From: Eledone cirrhosa
Lineage: Eukaryota
Direction of reading: 5' to 3'
Assembly: GCA_964016885.1 (NCBI GenBank)
Contig: OZ024749.1
Location: 6,758,001 to 6,822,000, forward strand
DNA length: 64,000 nucleotides
Position numbers and translations under genes: made by a program. Of this stretch, positions 1-11,735 are shown one piece after another. The notes under the pieces are model-generated. The model had not been told where the DNA came from. It searched no databases and worked only from the letters and a program-made list of their open reading frames with translations. Every line of letters begins with the position of its first letter. Position 1 is the stretch's first letter.

Positions 1-191
1 ACACACTGCCAATTTATAACAAATTTACAACCTTAATTTCTGAAATATTTTCTGCATGTAACCAATATAGAATGGGTACAATCTATGAGTTATGTGATAT
101 GACTAAAAAGGTTGGCATCTGGAATGGCATCAGGTTGTAAAACATTGTCTTAAAAAGCAGGAAGAATATAAAGTCTATCAAGGGAAAATGG

Positions 192-402
192 CCTTTAACA
201 TTTAAACCAGCCATATCCGGCCAGAATTCTCTTACATCTTTCTGTTCAAACCGGCTGTAACCGGCCACTCATACCGATGTTAAGGTATTGTTCTCAAAAT
301 AAATAATATCAAAACCTCGTAGATTCGATATTATGTGAGATATTATGTGAGGTAAAGCCTTTACTGTGAAAATATAGAGTAATGTAAATGCTAAGGGGTT
401 AA
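192..402. mobile_element. TTAA-type (piggyBac-like) MITE, ~205 bp
   Basis: Ends aatgctaaggggTTAA. The body (aaggtattgttctcaaaataaat...tatgtgaggtaaagccttta) is shared with copies at 11813, 24607, 29698, 30934 and 44754. Confidence 0.65.
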
Positions 403-1254
403 AACACCTACTGCTGTTTCTGTTTTTGTTCTGGTGTAAATACAAAAGACAAAGTTACCCCTAAAATATGGGGCATTGTAAATAAAGGAAAAGAAAGAAG
501 TTTTGAGTCATGATGGAATCATAGGGTACCATCCTGACACACAATGTCTTGCGCTTTTTTAAAGCTGGCTGAGCCCACCCTTCTCCAGTTTGAATACAGC
601 CAATTTATTTCAGAGATGAAGAGGGGAGTGATAAAGTGACAAAGAGAAAAAATTGACCCAAGTACTGGGTCTAGTCACTGTCAATCCCTGTTACTAAGGG
701 TCAGTGCCCATGACAATAGTACCAACACTAATATCAGTGATTCACAAAGGGGTTCTGTGAAAAAAAGTAGGTGAATATATTTATATTACGACCATATAAC
801 AGTGTCAGATTTGGGGTTCCCCTAAAAGTTTCTGAACCAAAAAGGGTTCCACTTCTGAAGAAGATTGGGAAAAACTGGTCTATATGATGCTGTATGTCCA
901 TAATTCTCATTGGGGAAAGTGATATCGGTGGGTCCCGAAAGTTCGTCAGACCAAGCACTGGGTCTGGTACTATATTTAGCAACCTTGAAAGTAGGAAATA
1001 CAGAGTTAACATCAACAGGATTTGAATTATGAGTGGAGTGGAACAAAATCCAATGCATTTTAATCAACTTCCCTAACGACTGGGCCAGTTCATTGCCTTT
1101 TATTAATAAGGTATGGTATGGTCCCGTAACTCCTGATAGAGTAGTAGGGGCAACATAATGACATACAGCGCTTCTTGGGTATTTTAAGCCTGGCAGAGCC
1201 CATCCCTCTGTAGGCCTGAGTACAGCAGATTCCTTCCAGAGGGAGGAAGAATCG

Positions 1255-1720
1255 ATCTCAGTACTAGACTGGTACTTTTTTTATCAATCTCGAAAAGATG
1301 AAAGGTAAAGTCGACCTCGGCAGGATTTGAACTCAGAGAGAAGAGAGCAGGGACCAATACACTAAAGCAGTGATTCTCAACGTGGTCCAGGTGGACCACC
1401 GGTGGTCCACATAGCATTTCTAGTGGTCCACAGAGAATTCGTAGCCATGAAAAAATTGTAGCCATTTCACAAAAATGTAACTTATATAATATTTTGTTTA
1501 ATTACACACATGTCCATTATATTTGAAAATTTCGAGTTCACAACTCTGATACTATCGGCATGTGGTTAGAATGTCTCTAGCAGTTCTATTACAAAAGATT
1601 TTAAAGTTTAGGTGGTCCACAGGAAAAAATTACTTATTTTGGTGGTCCACAGCGAAAAAAAGGTTGAGAGCCCCTGCACTAAAGGATTCTATCCAACATT
1701 CTAATGATTCTGCCAATTTA
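1255..1720 (-). mobile_element. SINE family C copy, interrupted by the hAT MITE
   Basis: ctggtact...gatgaaaggtaaagtcgacctcggcaggatttgaactcag is the reverse complement of the family C body seen at 47551-47752. Confidence 0.65.
1368..1676. mobile_element. hAT (Charlie-like) MITE inserted in a SINE
   Basis: Termini CAGTGATTCTCAAC / GTTGAGAGCCCCTG, with a perfect 8-bp TSD CACTAAAG at 1360-1367 and 1677-1684. Confidence 0.85.
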
Positions 1721-1724
<4 letters not shown>

Positions 1725-1777
<53 letters not shown>

Positions 1778-2297
1778 GATAGATTATGAAAGAACTGAAG
1801 AAAAAATTATTAAAAATATAGTTTAATGAATGGGTTAAAGATAATAAATAATAAATATATTTTTTAGACTTCATTCTCAAATAGGAAATCTTACTTTCAC
1901 AATACCTACATATATCATTTTAATTAAATTTATTCATCATTATATCAATGCACTTTTATTCATTTAGATTTTTTTGCTTATATGTATATACATACATATA
2001 TACATACACACATATATATATATACATACATACACCCACACATATATATATATATATATATACACACATGCACACACACACACATATATATATATATACA
2101 TACACCGACACACACATATATATACTCATGCACACACACACACATATATACATACACATGCACACACACATACACACACATATATATATATACACACACA
2201 CACACATATATATACACATGCACACACATATATATACACACGCACACACATATATATATATATATACATACACCCACACACACACACATATAATATA

Positions 2298-2344
<47 letters not shown>

Positions 2345-2431
2345 TTTTGTTGATAATATTAATAATTTTTTCCCAATCTTTCAAAAATATAATTCTCTCA
2401 AATTATCATGAAAATATATATGTGTGTGTGG

Positions 2432-2480
<49 letters not shown>

Positions 2481-3018
2481 CCTCACAGTTTAATGTCAAT
2501 TTTCCAATATACCATGCTTGCATAATATATATATCATGCAAGCATGGAAGATATATACACATAGCTACATACATACATACATACATACATACATACATAC
2601 ACATACATACATACATACATACATACATACATACATACACATATACATACATACATACACATATACATACATACATACACATATACATATATATGTACAT
2701 ATGTGTATGTGGATAAATGAATATAAAAACACACACCACAAGCAAACAAAACAAGATGGAGGTAATTACAAAAGGATTATTGTTTTGATAGGAAATGTTA
2801 GTGACAAGGTGATTGCTAATTCTGCTGCCATTGCAATAACACAATATTGTAGATGACGGCTGAATTATTTAGGAAATTCCTCTTACAATAGAATAATTTT
2901 AAGCTAGAGGAGAAAATTGGAACAAAGTCATTTAAAAGAATGAAATGATTTGCTGTCGCCATGGTGATCTCTTCAAATATATTGTGACATTTCCCCCTCC
3001 AATGATGATATTATATAT

Positions 3019-3065
<47 letters not shown>

Positions 3066-3157
3066 AACATATATGTATGTGTATATGTATATATATATAT
3101 ATATATAAACATATATGTATGTGTGCATGTACATATATAGATATATATATATACATG

Positions 3158-3233
<76 letters not shown>

Positions 3234-3265
3234 CATGTAGATATATAGATATATATATATACATG

Positions 3266-3322
<57 letters not shown>

Positions 3323-3399
3323 ACATATATAAATATATATATGTGTGTATATATATATATACATACATATATATGTGTGTACATATATAAATATATATA

Positions 3400-3444
<45 letters not shown>

Positions 3445-3446
3445 GA

Positions 3447-3487
<41 letters not shown>

Positions 3488-3601
3488 CATGTATATATGT
3501 GTATATATATATATATATATATTTATAGATATATACACACAGCCAAAAGCACCAGAGCTTGTGGTCGATCCGCTACTTTCACCAATACATATACATGTAT
3601 G

Positions 3602-3642
<41 letters not shown>

Positions 3643-3902
3643 ATATATGTATGTGTGCATGTACATATATATATATACAAGCAGGGAAAAGCGGACGTAA
3701 GAGGATGATGATATGTGTGTACATATATATACACACATATATATATTTATATATGTACACACATATCATCATCATCATCATCATTTTACGTCCGCTTTTC
3801 CCTGCTTGTATATATATATATATATTTATATATGTACACACACATATATACATGTATATATATATATATATATACATGTACATGCACACATACATATATG
3901 TT

Positions 3903-3930
<28 letters not shown>
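1725..3930. repeat. Compound (TA)n/(CA)n/(TACA)n microsatellite field
   Basis: Direct reading; the YI/HT-rich ORFs here are artefacts. Confidence 0.9.
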
Positions 3931-3933
<3 letters not shown>

Positions 3934-4045
3934 GGACCCCAGTCCCTATCATCTCATTTCTACAGCTGAGTAAACTGGAGCAATGTGAAATAAAGTGTCT
4001 TGCTCAAGGAAACAACACATCACCAGGTCTGAGAATATGTATATA

Positions 4046-4274
4046 TAGTTATGTAATAAACAACATGAGATAATTATTTCATTTACCAAAGGTTTCACGA
4101 AGATAGACGAGCCTGACACAGACCTCTGTCTTCGGTCGTCAGAATGAAATTTTATTTTATGAAAAATAAAATTTCATTCTGACGACCAAAGTCAGAGGTC
4201 TGTGTCAGGCTCACCTGTCTTTGTGAAACCTTTGGTAAATGAAATAATTATCTCATGTTGTTTATTCATAACTA
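4046..4274. repeat. ~230-bp fold-back palindrome (Penelope-like end) with a hammerhead fold in each arm
   Basis: Arms 4046-4158 and ~4162-4274 are near-perfect reverse complements. A decayed single copy lies at 10433-10533. Confidence 0.85.
4171..4245 (+). ncRNA. Type I hammerhead ribozyme motif (mirror copy on - strand at 4076-4150)
   Basis: Stem I ATTTCATT/AATGAAAT; core CTGACGA at 4179; long stem II; GAAA at 4225; stem III ACC-ttt-GGT; GTA cleavage triplet. Confidence 0.65.
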
Positions 4275-5554
4275 AAAATCTCTGTAGCCTACATAGAGCA
4301 CTCTCTTTTCCTTTACTATGGAAACACTTCATATATATATATATATATATTCCTAACGATCGACTTTCGTCAAATCGGACCGAGGAAACAGTGTTTCCAT
4401 TGGTCTTTCCAATTGCTAATACTATCTATCGGTCGCAACTCCAGGTAGAAGGAGCAACGTGAAATAAAGTGTCTTGCTCAAGGACATAACGCATCGCCCG
4501 GTCCAGGAATCAAACTCACAACCTTACGATTGCGAATCCAGTTCTCTAACCACTCAGCCACACGCCTTCATTATATATATAAGCTTTTTCTCTATTAATG
4601 TATTGTGTACCTTTTTTAGTTGTGTTTTCTTTCCTATCCTCTTTGGAAAACAATCTTTAATTATATATAGTCCGACAAAACATATATTTCTATATTTGAT
4701 ACAAGAAATAAATTTATGTTTTACCAAATATATTTGCCGGTTTCGTTTGATTATGAAAATCTGATCAAAACATAATTTATATAGTTTCACAAACTTCCAA
4801 ATTATTAAATATATGGCTATTTTCACAAACTTCCAAGTTATTAAATATATGGCTATTTTAAATCTGAATCAGCTTCTTCTATATATACTTGTGTAGTTGT
4901 CTTGGTTGGTGTAGAAGTCAAGTTCAAAAAGTCAAGATTACATTGAACTAATAGAAAATTTATACTGGAGTGTCTTTTCTATCTAAATAAAAACACAGAT
5001 AACAGTCTGGCATGGAAATAAACTTAGTGCTACCTTCAGTGAAATATGTAGAGGTACGTGGCCTGGTGGTTATAATCATAATGCTGTAGCTTTGATTCCT
5101 AGCCAAGGTTGTGTGTTGTGTTCTTAAGTGAAATACTTCATTACATGTTGCACCATTAAAGTCAGTTGAATATAAATGCCAGCAATTGCTGGGAGTTTAA
5201 CCCTGCAATGGACTCATGTCCTGTCAAAGAGGGAGTCTAGCATGGATTAGTTGTAAGGGTGTTGGACTTATGATCATAATACCATGGATTTCATTCCTGG
5301 ACTGGGTTTGTGTTGTGTTCTTAAGCAAAATACTTCAGTTCACGTTGCTCCATTATACTCAGTTGAAAATGAGTACCAGCAATAGCTGGGAGTTTAACCC
5401 TGTGATGGACTGGCATCCTGTCCAGGAGGAGGTCACGTGCTCTCAATTGTTTCATGCCATGGAAATCGGGATAAACACCAACCTGAGGAGCTTCCGGGCT
5501 TGAGACAAACTTTAGACTTTATTAGATGATTAAATATAAACAGCATAAGTTTCC

Positions 5555-6395
5555 ACAGAAAACAGCACAGCTCCCATGACTTTCGGAAACATTTTTTCAT
5601 GCTCAGAGTTGCTGAAGCATGGAACAAACTCCCTGCATCAGTTGTTAGCTGTCGAGACACTGCATCCTTTAAAACCTCCATCAGTTGTTAGCTGTCGAGA
5701 CACTGCATCCTTTAAAACCTCCATGGAACAAACTACCTGCATCAGTTGTTAGCTGTCGAGACACTGCATCCTTTAAAACCTCCATAGAACAAACTACCTG
5801 CATCAGTTGTTAGCTGCCGAGACACTGCATCCTTTAAAACCTCCATGGAACAAACTCCCTGCATCAGTTGTTAGCTGCCGAGACACTGCATCCTTTAAAA
5901 CCTCCATGGAACAAACTCCCTGCATCAGTTGTTAGCTGCCGAGACACTGCATCCTTTAAAACCTCCATGGAACAAACTCCCTACATCAGTTGTTAGCTGC
6001 CGAGACACTGCATCCTTTAAAACCTCCATGGAACAAACTCCCTGCATCAGTTGTTAGCTGCCGAGACACTGCATCCTTTAAAACCTCCATGGAACAAACT
6101 CCCTGCATCAGTTGTTAGTTGTCGAGACACTGCATCCTTTAAAACCTCCATGGAACAAACTCCCTAAATTAGTTGTTAGCTGCCGAGACACTGCATCCTT
6201 TAAAACCTCCATGCTTCCTGAGATTCGCCAACACTACACCTAATTTTCCCCCTCCATACACACGCACACATGTATATCATGACTCATACACTATTCACTT
6301 CCCTGACATTTTTATATTATTCTATGTACTATACATGCACCCTTGATGAGTTGTAGTGAACCTGAGCACTGTACACAATAATTTCATCATTATTA
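5555..6395 (+). mobile_element. CR1-like LINE 3' end containing an internal tandem array
   Basis: Translates RKQHSSHDFRKHFFMLRVAEAWNKLPASVVSCRDTASFK (CR1-type FF.RV..WN.LP..VV C-terminus). Unexpanded copies lie at 59279-59700 and 61214-61635. Confidence 0.7.
5618..6209 (+). repeat. 61-bp minisatellite, 9 full units plus 1 partial
   Basis: Unit catggaacaaactccctgcatcagttgttagctgccgagacactgcatcctttaaaacctc; starts at 5722, 5783, 5844 and onward. Confidence 0.95.
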
Positions 6396-6521
6396 TATGC
6401 AAATAAGTATTTCAAGTCAATGTTTTCTATTTGTTATATGTAAATGAGTATCTCCAGCACATGATCATTGCACAAAATTCTTTATCAACTCTAGTCTATT
6501 CCATGCCACTATCGATTGAGT

Positions 6522-6574
6522 GAGTGTTACTGATGAAAGATTAACAAATCTTGAAACAGTGCTGTCTGACATTC
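6522..6574 (+). ncRNA. Minimal type I hammerhead ribozyme motif
   Basis: Stem I GAGTGTTA/TGACATTC (2 GU); CTGATGA 6530-6536; stem II AAGATT-aaca-AATCTT; GAAA; stem III ACAG-tg-CTGT; GTC with predicted cleavage after 6566. Confidence 0.8.
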
Positions 6575-6923
6575 TAAAAACATACTGGCAATTGTGTGAT
6601 ATATTCACAGAGGGTAATAGCAAAAATTAAATTTTATTCATGAAGAAAAAATATTTTCTTCGATAGTGAGGTTACCCATATATTTATTGTGTATAAACAT
6701 ATAATGTATGTTTTCATACTCCTTCCTCTCTCTCTCTTAGACTTTATATATATATATGAAAATTAGAATTGGTGCTCTGAAATAGCGATGTATACATGAA
6801 TGTATATATAGTATATTTGGCAATACACTGTATGCTTAATTAAAAATATTTTAAAGACCTTATGCTATTGTTTTAAAGTAGTGACTATGTCACTTACTTC
6901 TTTTTTCAACAAACGAAGGGAGA

Positions 6924-6971
6924 TAAGCTGACAGATCTCTGTTTCATACTGTTGGTAATCATCAGAGCTTA
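6924..6971 (-). ncRNA. Minimal type I hammerhead ribozyme motif
   Basis: Minus strand: TAAGCT CTGATGA t TAC caaca GTA t GAA ACAGA ga TCTGT C AGCTTA. Confidence 0.75.
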
Positions 6972-7571
6972 GCACTCGCAATTGATCAGCTCAAGGTTCA
7001 ATCTGTATCGATCGGGTCCAACTCTGGAATCAAAAGCTCATCACTCATTTGTTAGCGCAATGATGGAATGATATATATATCTATATATATATAGAGGGAG
7101 AGAGATATATAGTAAGGTGTATTATTGGTTGTGTCAAATGGTCCAATAAATATTTGTTAGCAATATTAAGTTCCAGCGTCTTTTACAGCTATTGGGAGAT
7201 AGAGACTTGATAGTTTTATGACCCTAACTGAAGACGATAGCAGTCGCCGTGTTTGACTTCTTGATCTTCATATGAAGGACTAAACTCTGTGAGTGAACAT
7301 CGTTAATTTTCCCCCTCATATCAAGGATTTGAAGACATTTTCACCTGACGAGATCAGTGATAATCGATCATGGCTACACGATTGATCTATCTGTCTCTTA
7401 TTGAAACATGTGTCGTGATTAAGATGATTGGAAATTTATACCATGCCTTCGGATCTTTATTTTGATATATATATATATATATATTTTGTATATTTATATA
7501 CATATCGATGTATTGACGGAGTAAAACACACTTCAACAACATGTGTACCTGTCTTTCCCACACCAATTCGG

Positions 7572-7626
7572 ACTGCCTGAAGAGGTCACAGCCAATGATG
7601 GCTGTCACCGAAATATATATAGCAGT
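7572..7626 (+). ncRNA. Type I hammerhead motif, tandem copy 1
   Basis: ACTGC CTGAAGA GGTcACAGCCA atga TGGCTGTcACC GAA ATATATAT A GCAGT; palindromic stem III. Confidence 0.8.
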
Positions 7627-7740
7627 ATATCTATAATTTATAATAAACGAAGCCAAATTTTACATATTTGACTTAATTATTTCATATATATATATAGAGA
7701 GATTTTGAGTATATGTTGGTTGTATACCACACTAATTCGG

Positions 7741-7795
7741 ACTGCCTGAAGAGGTCACAGCCAAAGATGGCTGTCACTGAAATATATATAGCAGT
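7741..7795 (+). ncRNA. Type I hammerhead motif, tandem copy 2 (169 bp downstream)
   Basis: Same fold as 7572-7626 with minor substitutions; lies within a ~110-bp direct repeat. Confidence 0.75.
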
Positions 7796-7840
7796 AATAA
7801 ACGAAGCTAAATTTTAAACATTTGACTTTTTATTTAACTT

Positions 7841-7877
<37 letters not shown>

Positions 7878-8251
7878 TATTTGGTAAGGGTCATATTGTT
7901 ATAATATTGCCAGAAATATATAATTATAACAATATGACCCTCCCCCAATAGAACAATATTTGTTTAAACACATAATTTCATATGAAAAACCTTACAAAAC
8001 AAATATATCATCATTCATCATTTCATTTTACGTCCGCTTTTCCCTGCTTATATAAGATTGGATGTGGTAAAAAGCAGTTAGACCATTACTCACCAGAGTA
8101 CTCAATATTTGGGGTAGTAGAGTAGGTAATATGAACAAATTCAGGACCCAGGCGGCTAAGCTCCAACCTCTAGATAAGAACACAATTCTAATTGAGTTTG
8201 GATCTAGGTGTTGAAAAGGCCGATGCTCAGGCGTCAGGGTCCTGAATATTT

Positions 8252-8598
8252 TCAATGTGCGTGAACGACAAAGCATAGACGAGTTGAGAAAGAAATTGGG
8301 TATAAGAGGGGTAAGTTGTGGTGTGCAGGAGAGAAGGCTGAGATGGTATGGACATGTGATGCGCATGGAGGATGACCGATGGGTGAAGAAGTGCCAGGAA
8401 GTCCCAGTGGAGGGAAGATGCAGTAGAGGAAGACTATAGAACATGGGCGGAGGTGGTGAGAGCAGACCTCAGATTGCTGAAACTCACTGAGGAGATGACG
8501 AAGGACCGTGACAAGTGGAGAGATGCTGTGCTGAATAGGACCCGTCCAACCCTTGAAAGCAGGGAAAAGCGGACGTAAAATGATGATGATGATGATGA
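8252..8598 (+). mobile_element. 5'-truncated RTE-type LINE, family 1
   Basis: Encodes ERRLRWYGHVMRMEDDRWVKKC; matches 40130-40475; (GAT)n tail. Confidence 0.9.
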
Positions 8599-9034
8599 TA
8601 TAGACAAACACACATACATATATGTATCTGTGGATGTTTGTATATAAAGATTCAGTGCCTAGGTCATTCCCAGTTGATTCAACAATCTGTGTCTTTATGT
8701 AAATTGGAAAGTTTCATCTAATAAATATATGTAATAACAACCTTAATATGACTTCTACCGAAACAAAGTGATTGTATTCTAATTGAATTACAGAGGAAAT
8801 CTAACAGAATAATTACATCAGGCCATCGTTAGTTGTCAAATTAATAGTAATTATTTATTCAAATTAAACTTATTACACTACTTAAATATTCACTACTAAC
8901 TACAGATTTTCATTAAATATTAACAATATATAACTTCAACTTTTGAATTTTTATCTGGCTAACATTGCTTCTGAGAATTGTTGTGTGACTAAAGTGGTAA
9001 TGTGTTGTTTGAATGGACACTTTAAGGTATACAA

Positions 9035-9078
<44 letters not shown>

Positions 9079-9130
9079 ATATAAACAAACAAATACACAT
9101 GTATAAATATGTAAATATATATATGTATTA

Positions 9131-10322
9131 TATCATCATCAACGTTTAACGTCCGTGTTCCACGCTCGCATGGGTTTGGACGGGAGTTTTCCCACTTGAG
9201 GCAAAGAGTAGTTGTCTTGCTCGCATAGGACTGTCTGGCGGGTTTTCTACGGCTGGATGCCCTTCCTAACACCAACCATATTTACAGTGTGGAACTGGGA
9301 GGTTTGTACCGTGTTGCCTACACGGCCACATTACAGTGTGGACTGTGTGTTTTTTTGTCGTGACACCTACACGACCTCATTTGTTTCGGGCTGGATGTTG
9401 TGGTACCAACATAACTTTACATTGAAAGGGGTGGTGTGGATGGGGTGGGGGTAGTGGGACGGGGATGTATTTTGTTAGAGGTGCCTATTGACTGTAGTAG
9501 GTTTCACTTTGTACTTAGGTAAGGCGGGTCTTCTCTATTACTGTGTAGCGCCAAAGATCTTGGTACAGTGACATTGTCTTAGAGAGGTGTAAGTGTGTGA
9601 CGTCGGAATTTATCAAGTCATCCCAGGTTTTTCTGGGTCTGCCTACTCTGGTGGCTACCGTCTATTTTTATTGCCTTCCACTTTTTTATACAGCTGTCGT
9701 CTTTCATGCGCATCACGTGACCAACGTAGTCTTCTCTCGAGTAAACAACATCTGATCCCTCTTATTTCTAATTTTTGCCTTAGTTCGTTTATGCTTTGCC
9801 GTTCACGTATATTTCTATTACACATCCAGCGGAGCATGCAAGCTTCGTTCCTCTCTAGTCTGCGTATATCCTCTGCACACAATGCCCAAGTCTCACTGCC
9901 ATGTAACATTGCTGTTCGTATGCAGGCATCATACAGCCTGCCTTTCATTTTTAGGGAGAACCCTTTAGCGGCTAATAGTGGTATAAGCTCTCTGAACTTT
10001 TTCCATCCCGTTCTGACTCTAGCTACTGTACTTTCAGAGCACCCTCCCCCACTGCTGATTTTGTCACCCAGGTAACGGAAGCTGTCCACTATTTCTATAG
10101 AACCATCTGTGCAATGGAATGAGCTAGTATTCTCTGGGCACTTGCTGCTACTTATTGCACCAGAGCACCGGCCACATATAAAATCTATGTTCTTAGTTAG
10201 CTTACCTGTGATCCCACTACATCTTTTATGCACCCATACTTTGCATTTGGGACATAAAATGGAGTTTCTACCTACTCCTTTCCTACACACTGAGCATGGC
10301 CATTTCCCGGATGGGACCGGCG
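9131..10322 (-). mobile_element. 5'-truncated RTE-type LINE, family 2, with ~380-nt 3' UTR
   Basis: ORF 9655-10290 is homologous to the 38-40 kb element (PHD Cys, FRYLG, LHGSETW). The frameshifted C-terminus GRPRKTW...IEKTRLT* ends at 9515; (GAT)n tail. Confidence 0.9.
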
Positions 10323-10325
10323 CCT

Positions 10326-10363
<38 letters not shown>

Positions 10364-10543
10364 TATAAAGTATTTCTGTAGAAAGGGTAAAGGAAAGGAG
10401 AGTACTCCTAAGTAAGCTATTAAATAAAATGTCATTCTGAATAGCAATTTCAGATGTCTGTGTCGAGCTCATCTGTCTCCATGAAACCTTTGGTAAATGG
10501 AATAATTGTCTTATGTTGTTTATTACATAACTATATATATATA

Positions 10544-11693
10544 CTAGCAGAATGGCTTGGCGTTGTTCAGGATTTGCTCTAGGGTTCTTATATATTTGAT
10601 ATATATTTATCCTTATCGAGCCTCGTGAAATAAATAAGTTTGTTTATATTTTGTTATTGTGTATGCAAAAATATCTGTACACGAATATATAATTATATAT
10701 ATTAAAATAACAGATTAAAGTTTAAGCAAAAAATCGCTGCTTTCACCCTTAACGGGATCTTCTGAAACTACAAAAATCAATCTGTGAACGCAGAAGTAAA
10801 TATTTTGAAAAACGTTACACACTATATATACATATATACACACACTATATATACATATATACACACACACACAGATAGCGATGTCATAATGTCGTAATGC
10901 AGACAGCCAGACATACAGACAGATAGTATAAGGGCGCAACGTTATATCTATGTATCTATCTAAAAAGAAAGACTAAGAATTATAGAGAGAGATCGCTAAA
11001 TCGCCTAATGCGGTCCCTAGGGCATTGAAAATTTGAAATATCTTTTGCTCAAACCCCTCACAGGACCACAAGTATTACATGTGTAAAGTTTGAAAAAGAT
11101 CGGTTGGGTGATTCTCGAGTTTTAGGAAGTCAGACAGACAGACATTCTCTGTCTTAGATATATACTAGCAGAAAGGCTCGGCGTTGCTCGGGATTTGCTC
11201 TAGGGTTCTTATATATTTGATATATATTTATCCTTATTGAGCCTCGTGAAATAAATACGTTTATTTATATTTTGTTATTGTGTATGCAAAAATATCTGTA
11301 CACAAATATATAATTATATATATATATATCTAAAACAGAGAATGTCTGTCTGTCTGTCTGTCAGCTCACTAAAACTTGAGAACCACCCAACCGATTGTTT
11401 TCAAACTTTGCACATGTAATACTTATGGTCCGGTGAGTGTTTTGAGCAAAAGATATTTCAAATTTTCAATGCCCTAGGGACCGCATTAGGTGATTTAGCG
11501 TTCTCTCTATATAATTCTTAGTCTTTCTTTTTAGATAGATACATAGATATAACGTTGCGCCCTTATAATATCTGTCTGTATGTCTGGCTGTCTGCATTAC
11601 GTCATTATGACGCGATCAGTGTGTGTGTGTGTGTGTATATATGTATCGTAATACAGACAGCAAGACATATAGCTTTCCTTTCCCTCTTCCAGC

Positions 11694-11735
<42 letters not shown>

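Noticed and set aside
2846-2889. Hammerhead-shaped fold ATTGTAG...GAAA...TTACAAT
   Set aside because: The core is ATGACGG (two invariant positions changed); too decayed to call.
1948-3973. YI/HT/CV-rich ORFs here and at 17.8-18.5, 28.8-29.4 and 47.6-52.7 kb; poly-H/M/T/I ORFs at 23.3, 25.8, 40.5-42 and 62 kb
   Set aside because: Microsatellite translation artefacts.
7341-7418. CTGACGA...GAAACATGTGTC hammerhead candidate
   Set aside because: There are 15 unpaired nt between stem II and GAAA and only a 4-bp stem I; kept only as a possible relic.
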